From: Oligoflexia bacterium
GTDB lineage: Bacteria; Bdellovibrionota; UBA1018
NCBI GenBank assembly: GCA_043732485.1
Contig: JAYTHP010000095.1
Coordinates: 1 to 14,313 of the forward strand
Length of the DNA stretch: 14,313 nucleotides
Direction: 5' to 3'
In this document: piece after piece, positions 1 through 7,096 of the stretch
Numbering within the stretch: the stretch's first letter is position 1
How the letters are laid out: every line of letters starts with the position of its first letter
Program-made: the position numbers and the translations under genes
Notes under the pieces: generated by a model
What the model was told of the DNA's origin: nothing
Seen by the model: only the letters and a program-made list of their open reading frames with translations
The model's database searches: none

Positions 1-18
1 GCTCTCGGATGGGCTCAT
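1..18 (-). CDS. Possible 5' end of a gene running off the left edge (MSPSES...)
   Basis: ATG at 18-16 on the minus strand, open to the edge (only 6 codons visible). It lies downstream of a candidate minus-strand promoter (127-99) and an AT-rich leader. Confidence 0.25.
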
Positions 19-81
19 TAATTTTTAATTTAGATTTCTTTTCAAGAATCTTAACCGACTGCTTAGATCTTATTTTTCTTT

Positions 82-111
82 TTGACATCTTGGGAAAAAC
101 GTTCTAACAAT
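82..111 (+). promoter_or_regulatory. Candidate sigma70-type promoter facing the structured RNA at 161-417
   Basis: Perfect TTGACA at 82-87 and TAACAAT at 105-111 (17-18 nt spacer) in AT-rich context. An alternative is TAGACT(137-142)-N16-TAGTAT(159-164). Confidence 0.4.
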
Positions 112-127
112 TTGGAGTGGCTGTCAA
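99..127 (-). promoter_or_regulatory. Candidate leftward promoter TTGACA-N17-GAACGT
   Basis: tgtcaa at 122-127 reads TTGACA on the minus strand, then a 17-nt spacer and GAACGT (104-99), with an AT-rich UP-like tract at 130-151. Same architecture as the site upstream of rplU. Confidence 0.4.
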
Positions 128-160
128 GGTAAAAAATAGACTATTAATTAACAGCCTTTA

Positions 161-417
161 GTATGAAGCCGTGTCCAGCGAATCACTCCAGTGAGCAGCC
201 CGTAGCTCATTTGAGAAAGATTTTGCACATTGCGCCACCCTAAACCGTGCACTAGGATCGAGATACTGAGTAATCTGAGACAAGAGATGACTGAAAATTA
301 AGTCATCTTCCTCCTGCTCAGCAGCAACGGCAGTCGCAGCGGTCCGACCGCCGTCTCACCCTTCGGCGTGGGGATGGCTGCCGCTAGGTTCATGAACTGG
401 CGAGGACGCCTCCATAC
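161..417 (+). ncRNA. Structured non-coding RNA candidate, 6S (SsrS)-like
   Basis: Nested end-to-end pairing: GTATGAAG(161-168)/CTCCATAC(410-417, 1 mismatch), GTGTCC(171-176)/GGACGC(404-409), CCAG(188-191)/CTGG(397-400), TGAGC(192-196)/GTTCA(388-392). Internal stems: CTGAGTA(266-272)/TGCTCAG(315-321), AGATGACT(285-292)/AGTCATCT(301-308), and a hairpin at 350-378 capped by cTTCGg. Most wobbles are G-U on the + strand. No ORF of 60 aa or more overlaps it. Confidence 0.5.
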
Positions 418-747
418 CCCAAACGCTTTGCTCCCAAGCAGTCTCACTCAACGACCCGCTGGCTGCCGCAGCGATGGCTTGCGATCTCCCAAAGCATGAG
501 CCCTAGGCCAATTTGGAGGCCCCTCCGCATCGTCTCCCCAAGACTGACGCCTCGCCGCCCATTGCCAGACTTTCGAACTTCTGTCGATCCAGCCTTGCTC
601 CACAAAGGACTGTTTTGACCCATCTTTTTTCCCTTTCCCCTTGGTGATCTCACCGCTGCGCCTAGCGCTCAAGCCTGAGGCAAGGCTTGCGCACTTTCGT
701 AGACTCCCTACAAATACCTTATAACTCGTGATGTGCCACGCGTCGTA

Positions 748-783
748 TCACGTCACTGGTCACGTCACTGGTCACGTCACTGG
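748..783. repeat. Tandem repeat, 3 x 12 bp (TCACGTCACTGG)
   Basis: Exact copies at 748-759, 760-771 and 772-783, just past the prmA stop codon. Confidence 0.95.
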
Positions 784-791
784 GCTTGGAC

Positions 792-2036
792 TTAAAGCGC
801 ACGGCGCGTAAAAACTACCGCTCGCCATTCCTGCTGCTGCAATACCAGGCTGTGGAGCGATTCGTTGAGCTTTGAGGTATTTGTTAGAGGGGTATTTGTT
901 TGGTGCTGCTTATTTAAAACTTGCACGAGCTGGTGCGTTTCAAGAGAAAGTGAAGCCACTCGCTCGGCAAACGCCTGCCGGTAGGCAGCCTCAATCACTG
1001 GGACGTCGTGCTCCAGCAAGCCTGAGAGAATCAGCATCCCGGAGTCGGCAAGGCGTGCGACTAACGCTTGCGCAAAGCTCAACAGCACCGGCTTCAAGAT
1101 GTTCGCTAAAATAATATCGTATTGCTCAAGCTCAAGCGCGTCATTCAATTCCAATTTCAAGTCCGGATCCGCCTGGTCTTGCCGCTCAGGCAAGGCACTG
1201 AGCCAGCTCACCGCTTCCACCTTATTGAGCTTGGCGTTTTCCACGGCATTGGCCCGTGCATCTGGATCCAGCTCCACGCCCACCACTTGCTTGGCCTGCA
1301 ACAGCGCTGCTGCGATAGCTAAGATCCCAGAGCCGCTCCCAAAATCCAGCACCGATAGACCTTGTAAGGAGGGGGCTTGCTTTGGGCGGTGCAAGATTGC
1401 CCGCTCACCTAAAGCCTGTAAACAAACTTGGGTGGTTTCATGCGTGCCTGTGCCAAATCCGGCACCCGGGTTAATCTTAATCCAGCGCTCTGCCAGCTGG
1501 GGCGCCTGAGGAACCTCCTGAGGACAACAACGATCAGGCCCCGCCACAAGGTGGTGGTCTCCCGCAGCAGCTGGCTCCACCCAGGGCGGCACCACCCGCC
1601 AAAAAGGCGAGATTTCTACCCCGGCACCGTGATTTAAAAAACTGGCGCGCCACTGAGCATCCCAGTCCTGATCAGGCTGCAGCTCAATAGCGCCAAACTC
1701 GAGGCCTGGAAAGCCCATTTGCCGCTGAAACTGAGCGCAAGCTTCGGCAATCTCGCTCGGGTTTGCGCTAAAATAAAGCATGGAGACGAACTGATCCTGG
1801 TGACCCACCCAATCGTAATCCAGAGGCACCCAAGCGGAGGCGGAAAAATCTTGGGAATCCTGCCACTCAAACGCTTCTTTTTCGAGACCGTTACTCCAAC
1901 TTTCTTCAGCTAAGACGGAGCCCTCATGGACGCCAATCAGCCCCGCACTGCCTAAGTGATCCCAAATGCCTTGAAAGAAAAAAGCGCGGGCCTCTGCCCG
2001 CAGCGAGCCACGCACGCTCACGCGAAAGGTTGCCAT
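792..2036 (-). CDS. prmA: Ribosomal protein L11 methyltransferase
   Basis: Motifs DQDWDAQWR, VVPPW, INPGAGFGTGTHETT, SAM-binding VLDFGSGSGILAIAA, GVELDPDA, YDIILANI and LILSGLL. At 414 aa it is longer than typical because of insertions. Confidence 0.9.
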   Translation of the reverse strand: MATFRVSVRGSLRAEARAFFFQGIWDHLGSAGLIGVHEGSVLAEESWSNGLEKEAFEWQDSQDFSASAWVPLDYDWVGHQDQFVSMLYFSANPSEIAEACAQFQRQMGFPGLEFGAIELQPDQDWDAQWRASFLNHGAGVEISPFWRVVPPWVEPAAAGDHHLVAGPDRCCPQEVPQAPQLAERWIKINPGAGFGTGTHETTQVCLQALGERAILHRPKQAPSLQGLSVLDFGSGSGILAIAAALLQAKQVVGVELDPDARANAVENAKLNKVEAVSWLSALPERQDQADPDLKLELNDALELEQYDIILANILKPVLLSFAQALVARLADSGMLILSGLLEHDVPVIEAAYRQAFAERVASLSLETHQLVQVLNKQHQTNTPLTNTSKLNESLHSLVLQQQEWRAVVFTRRAL

Positions 2037-2145
2037 TCACTCACACTGCCCTTCTTTTCGTGCTGTTTGCGCTAGCGCTGCTTCAACGGGTAGCAGCGAC
2101 GAACGACCAGACAACCGGACGACTGGCTGGCTGACCTCAACCGCC

Positions 2146-5100
2146 TCACGACCCTTCGTCGTAACTTGAGCCTGATGCTGAGTGCGTCGGTCCAGCTGAA
2201 TGCGAAGAAAAGGCCCTTGAGCCTGACTTGGACCCCGACGACGAAGCACCACTCATGCCCGCGTTACCTTCCGAGTCGCCCCCTTGAGCGCCACCGCCAT
2301 GACCGCGGTTTTGATCCGGGCCGCGGCGAAATTTCCCGCCCCGCCTACCACGATGGTTGCGTTTTCCCGCGTTACCACCCGTGCCGCCACCTCCGCCGCC
2401 ACCGCGATTTTGACTGCTACCACCACCGCCTGATCCTGAAGAGGACATGCGCTCGCGCCCGGAAGGGGTTTGCCGCAAAGCCGGAGGGGGAGTATGGTGC
2501 CCGTTACCAAGGCGCGCCAGCGCCGCATCTTGCGCTGCTTGCGCCCGCACGAAAGCTAACCGATCCTCTTCGTCGTAAAACTCGTCATGAGCAGACGAGG
2601 TGGCGGGAGTGCTGGTCGGCCCTGCTGCCGACACTTTATGCCCCCCGTGAGCGTGATGAGGCCCTGGTGCTTTTTCCTCCCGGCTTTTGTCATGTCTCGT
2701 GCTCTCAGAAGAGGCGGAGACCGCAGCTTTACTGCCACTGCCTGGCACCGGAAGCGGAACCACTCTTGGTTCCGGGATCCTGGGACTTGATGAACCTGCC
2801 GCGCCTTGATGATGATGTTTCGACGAGTGCTGTTTCGAGCCGCTGCCGCCTTCTTGGCGTTGCCGACCGCGCCCGCGTTCGTGGCCAACATTTCTTTCTC
2901 GCCCTCCCTCACTCTGGGCCGAGCGCTCAGCAGGTTCGCGCACACCACCGCGCTGTGATCGCTCCGCTTTTTCTGCCAGTACTTCGAATTGCTCCGAATG
3001 AAAATCATTGACGCCTTGTAGATAAAAGACCTTACGATACTTTTTCTCCAGCAAATCAAGCGTCGCACGCTCATCGATGGCCAGAATGTCGATGACATCA
3101 GGATGCGCCTGCACTAGCACCTTATGAGTATCCCGGTCCAGACCCACCCGCTCTAACTCTCTTAACGCTTCATAGGCGACCGTTTGCTTACTCTTAATAA
3201 ACCCCTTGCCTTCACAGTGCGTACACGACTCACACAAGGTGCGAACGATCGTATCACGCGTGCGCTTGCGAGTCATCTCCACCAGCCCAAGCTCGGAGAT
3301 CTTTAAAATACTCGGTCGCGCACGGTCATGCGACAGCGCCTCTTCCAAGGCGCGGTAAACGCGTTGCTTATTTTCTTCTTTTTCCATGTCAATCAAGTCC
3401 AGGATAATGATGCCGCCGCAATTCCTGAGCCGCAACTGATAGGCAATCTCTTGCACCGCCTCTAGGTTGGTTTTTAAAATGGTATCTTCAAGATTTTTCT
3501 TACCGACATAGCGACCGGTATTGACGTCAATTGCCACCAAGGCCTCAGCCTGATCGACCACGATATAGCCGCCTGACTTTAACCAGACCTTGCGTTCCAA
3601 GGCGCGCGACAACTCCGTGGAAATACTGTAAGCATCAAAAATCGGAATATCGCCTTGATAGAGTTCGATTTTTTGCTTAAGCGGCGGCATAAAATGCGAG
3701 ACAAACTTAATGATATCAGCGTGATGTGCCCGCGAATCGACCACCACCTTATCAATTTCTTCAGTCACCCAATCGCGCACTGAACGCAACACCGCGTTTA
3801 AGTCCTCATACACCAGACAAGGAGCACTCCCTAGGCTGGCTTTTTCGCGAATCTCGTCCCACAAATGGGTCAGGTAATCAATGTCCTGTTTGATGCGCTT
3901 TTCTGACTGATTGCGTCCACTGGCGGTGCGCACGATAAAACCCAATTTCTTGGGTCGGTAACGCTCCACGTACTCTCGCAACCGCCTGCGCTCTTCATCC
4001 CGCTCAATTCTCCGCGAAACCCCCACGTGATCAATCGTCGGCATACACACTAAATGCCGGCCTGGGAGACTAATGTGACAGGTCAGTCGGGCACCCTTGG
4101 TGGAAATCGGGTCCTTGGCGACTTGCACCAGCACATCTTGCCCTTCCTTGAGCAAGTCTTGAATGTTGACTTGCGCGCGAAACGGCTTACTCGTTAGCTT
4201 GGGCCGAATCCTTCGGTCCCGCGAGCGGGTTGCCTTAAACTCCGGTCGCCCCTCAGGTCCAGTTTCTGCGGCAGGCGGTGACCGGCGCTCTTGCACCGTC
4301 AGCAACACCGGCTTAGGTCTTCCTCCTCCGACGACTTCCCCCACCACGGGATCGGCGCCTTCTGCTTTTTCATGCATATTGGAGCGATCCGACTCACTCA
4401 AACCTAAATCCGCGACCTGCTGATGAAAAGACTCCGGGTAGGCCTTAGTCTCCGCGTGTTTTACCACCACGACACCGCTCGAGGTGACAGCTGCTGCCCG
4501 TTTTTCTGAGCTTGCGCCTCCCACTCCTGCTGCTTGGTCGGCCTCTGAGCCTTCTTCGGTGCCCGAAGCAGCTTGTTCTGAGGCATGGTCTGATCCTTCA
4601 GCACCTGGCTCAGCACCTAATTCAGAGCCTAATTTCTTGCGAAATCGCCCCCCGCGTCGCCCCCGACGATGACGCTTTACCGGCTCGGCGCCTGCTGAGG
4701 CAGCCTGAGGATCCTCTTTTTTCAGTTCCGTGGGCGATTTTACAACAAAATCAGCACCAAACTCCGCTCGACTCTCCGGCAGCAAAACTCCCGCAGGTGC
4801 GCCGCCGTCTCCCCCGTCCTGCTCCTCGCCGCCCTCTGGCCCCATTTCCACGATGCCGTCTTCTTCCTCGTCTCCGTCTTCTTCTTCCTCAAAAAGTTCC
4901 TGATCGAGATCAAAACCCTCTTCTTCCGACTCAAGCGCTGCCTCCTGACCGTGAAAATGCACCAAGCCGGTTTCCTCACGCTCTTGATGAAAATGAGTCG
5001 ACGCTTCTTGGACCGCAGCCTCACCCTCTTCCGCTAACCGCGCTTCATGTGCCCCCGTTAATTCCGCTTCCTCGCGGCGCGGCGCCGGAACTCCCGCTCT

Positions 5101-5451
5101 CAACACACCCTCAACCTCACTGCCCGGCACCTGCTCCGCAACAGAACTTGCTGCTGCCTCTAGCCCAGGGAGAACGCGGTCGTGCCCTACGGTAGGACCT
5201 TCCTCCTCTTCCCACATCTTCGAGTGGACATAGACATCATCGACGTAAAGAAACGCAGCCTTATCTAACCCGATATCGACGAAAGCGGCTTGCATCCCTG
5301 GCAAAACCCGGGTCACCCTTCCTTTATAGATATTACCGACAATCCCTTTTTCCGAAGCCCGCTCGATTAAAAGCTCCTGGATTTCTCCGTTTTCCATCAA
5401 AGCAATACGCGTTTCTGGTAACGAAGCATTAATAATTAATTCACTAGACAT
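2146..5451 (-). CDS. rne: Ribonuclease E/G family (Rne/Rng) endoribonuclease with large S1 insertion and disordered C-terminal tail
   Basis: Motifs GNIYKGRVTRVLPGMQAAFVDIG, VLVQVAKDPISTKGARLT, IVRTA, LKSGGYIVVDQAEALVAIDVNTG, LRLRNCGGIIILDLIDM, EMTRKR and Zn-link CTHCEGKG. Start placed at ATG 5451 (MSSEL...), with AGGGGAG SD 5 nt upstream, rather than 5487. The family is certain; rne versus rng naming is inferred from the scaffold-like tail. Confidence 0.9.
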   Translation of the reverse strand: MSSELIINASLPETRIALMENGEIQELLIERASEKGIVGNIYKGRVTRVLPGMQAAFVDIGLDKAAFLYVDDVYVHSKMWEEEEGPTVGHDRVLPGLEAAASSVAEQVPGSEVEGVLRAGVPAPRREEAELTGAHEARLAEEGEAAVQEASTHFHQEREETGLVHFHGQEAALESEEEGFDLDQELFEEEEDGDEEEDGIVEMGPEGGEEQDGGDGGAPAGVLLPESRAEFGADFVVKSPTELKKEDPQAASAGAEPVKRHRRGRRGGRFRKKLGSELGAEPGAEGSDHASEQAASGTEEGSEADQAAGVGGASSEKRAAAVTSSGVVVVKHAETKAYPESFHQQVADLGLSESDRSNMHEKAEGADPVVGEVVGGGRPKPVLLTVQERRSPPAAETGPEGRPEFKATRSRDRRIRPKLTSKPFRAQVNIQDLLKEGQDVLVQVAKDPISTKGARLTCHISLPGRHLVCMPTIDHVGVSRRIERDEERRRLREYVERYRPKKLGFIVRTASGRNQSEKRIKQDIDYLTHLWDEIREKASLGSAPCLVYEDLNAVLRSVRDWVTEEIDKVVVDSRAHHADIIKFVSHFMPPLKQKIELYQGDIPIFDAYSISTELSRALERKVWLKSGGYIVVDQAEALVAIDVNTGRYVGKKNLEDTILKTNLEAVQEIAYQLRLRNCGGIIILDLIDMEKEENKQRVYRALEEALSHDRARPSILKISELGLVEMTRKRTRDTIVRTLCESCTHCEGKGFIKSKQTVAYEALRELERVGLDRDTHKVLVQAHPDVIDILAIDERATLDLLEKKYRKVFYLQGVNDFHSEQFEVLAEKAERSQRGGVREPAERSAQSEGGRERNVGHERGRGRQRQEGGSGSKQHSSKHHHQGAAGSSSPRIPEPRVVPLPVPGSGSKAAVSASSESTRHDKSREEKAPGPHHAHGGHKVSAAGPTSTPATSSAHDEFYDEEDRLAFVRAQAAQDAALARLGNGHHTPPPALRQTPSGRERMSSSGSGGGGSSQNRGGGGGGGTGGNAGKRNHRGRRGGKFRRGPDQNRGHGGGAQGGDSEGNAGMSGASSSGSKSGSRAFSSHSAGPTHSASGSSYDEGS

Positions 5452-5921
5452 GACGACTCCCCTGGCAGTAATTGGCGCGCACTTCAAAGTCCCCTGGACC
5501 TCTCATGCCGCCTCCCGCCGAGTTAAAAACCCTGTTCTTTCAAACCCTTGCCCCAATAAATTGGCTCTCTGTTGGTGGGAGAGCTTCACCCGGAAACACC
5601 GTTTGCGGCTGCTCCAGATACTAAAGATGTCCAGACACAAAGCGTGCATAGCAACTTTGTTTAAACTGTGATCTTGGAATTTACCTTCGAAGGAGAAAAA
5701 AAGGTTGTGTTTTACTAAAATATTTTTCACACGAAACCGCGTCTCTTAAGACGCCCACCGAGCTTCCTAGTTCTCTTGAGCTCTAAGTACACTGATTGTC
5801 CTAGCCCCATAATGAGATGATTTGCAGAAGATGATATGCCAAAACGTATCCACCGTATGAGGCTAGGGAGCTTAAATCTCTGGGTTCATCTGAACAAAAA
5901 GATGAACCCTCACTTACTTCC

Positions 5922-5963
5922 AGGAAAGAGCCCGACGACGACGCCGCGCTCTTTCTTATTTTT
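5922..5963 (+). terminator. Possible intrinsic terminator-like hairpin
   Basis: AGGAAAGAGC(5922-5931)/GCTCTTTCTT(5948-5957) stem followed by ATTTTT. The 16-nt loop is atypical. Confidence 0.3.
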
Positions 5964-6433
5964 GCTGCTTGTGCGCTTTCACTGTAGGATGACCGCGCAA
6001 AACAACCGATTTTTTTGAGCCCCTCAGGCTCACTCTCAGGCGAGCTTTTTGTCAGGAAAAAATTTTACTGACTCACGCTTCCCGATTACCACTCAGATCT
6101 CGCAAGAATACCGCTCCTGAGCTTTACCCTGCTGCATCCGACCCTAACGCCTGACTTTCAACGACCTAAGCACTTTGATCGACTCAGGCCAACACCAAAA
6201 ATCTCTCGAACCTGATTGACCCGTCCCTTCCTTGCTATCAAACTGCCTTCTGCAAATAAACTTTGCAAATTCAAGCGCAAACCCAGCAAGATGAGAGATA
6301 TTTGATTTCTTTACGGTTGATGTGACCTTACTGCGGCATGTCATTTCATGTTTAGACTCATGTCTAGGCCCTCATGAGACCCTTGATGACGATCAATGCT
6401 CAGGTCACCGCAGCGAGCTCGTCTTTTGATTGC

Positions 6434-6470
6434 TCGATCGATCGATTTCATCATTTCGATTTCGATTTCG
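6434..6470. repeat. Simple repeats (TCGA)3 and (ATTTCG)3
   Basis: tcgatcgatcga at 6434-6445 and ATTTCG x3 at 6453-6470. Confidence 0.85.
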
Positions 6471-6897
6471 ACTTTGTATCGAGTCTGCCTCGGCTCCCAC
6501 TCTTGGGCTCAACATTAGACAGTCTTAGCCAGAAAGTCTTACAGACTGGCAGGCTCTGCCAGACACGCCAAGAGTTGGCTCCTTTTGAGACTAGCTCAAA
6601 GCTAATGGCTGGCCAGTACGAGCTTTTTAAAAAAAATTTCGCACTGCTAAAAAACGTTTTAATTTTTGCTGCGACAAAATCGGCCTAAACTTTTTTACTC
6701 TCGCCAGCGACTTTACGCTCCTTCAAAACTCTTGATCAAACCCTTGCTCAGACTTCTGGCTTTAGATCAATCGAAAATTTAGTCAAGCGTTAAATGAAAG
6801 TCGGTACTAAGAAAGGCCTAAAACGTCCCTACTTCATAAGATTATCGAATCTTTCTTGACTCTTCAAGGGAAAAGTAACAATTCTCTCAAGGGGACC

Positions 6898-7024
6898 CTC
6901 TCTCAGGTTCAGTTTGGTGACTGAAGCTGAGGTTGGCAAAGACGCAGAGATGACCCCTGGCCCTTTCCTATCCAAGGCTGAGTCGGCTGCGTCTGCATCC
7001 TTTGCCGCATCTCAGCCTAGAGAG
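6898..7024 (+). promoter_or_regulatory. Highly structured leader RNA candidate upstream of deoC
   Basis: Stems CTCTCT(6898-6903)/AGAGAG(7019-7024), TTCAGT(6908-6913)/ACTGAA(6920-6925), GCTGAGGT(6926-6933)/ATCTCAGC(7009-7016), GGCAAA(6935-6940)/TTTGCC(7001-7006) and GACGCAG(6941-6947)/CTGCGTC(6987-6993). Preceded by TTGACT(6856-6861)...TAACAAT(6876-6882). Confidence 0.55.
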
Positions 7025-7096
7025 AAAAGCTCATTAACGTTTGCAAACCACACTTGACACTCACACGCGCTCTTGTCTTCTGCTGCACTCAAAAAA

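Noticed and set aside
161..417. tmRNA, RNase P RNA, retron msr-msd or group II intron identity
   Set aside because: No tRNA-like ends with CCA, no GAGGAAAGUCC, no domain V consensus, and no reverse transcriptase in the window (the gene beyond the left edge is unseen).
2166..3011. 281-aa + strand ORF (also 4512-5195, 2556-3098 and other ORFs overlapping rne)
   Set aside because: Antisense or alternate-frame shadows of the GC-rich low-complexity rne regions, with Arg/Pro-rich translations and no motifs.
5452..5487. Longer rne start at 5487
   Set aside because: Family homology begins at MSSELIIN and a good SD precedes ATG 5451.
6374..6688. 104-aa ORF (and 5503-5730, 5836-6018, 6144-6344) in the divergent gap
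   Set aside because: No recognisable motifs; the 6374 ORF's FDFDFD is just the translated simple repeat. Cannot be fully excluded as small proteins.
6926..6960. c-di-GMP-I riboswitch or SRP RNA identity for the deoC leader (GGCAAA...GACGCA)
   Set aside because: There is no GNRA-capped stem between GGCAAA and GACGCA, and the SRP CAGG-GNRA-AGCAG domain is absent on both strands.
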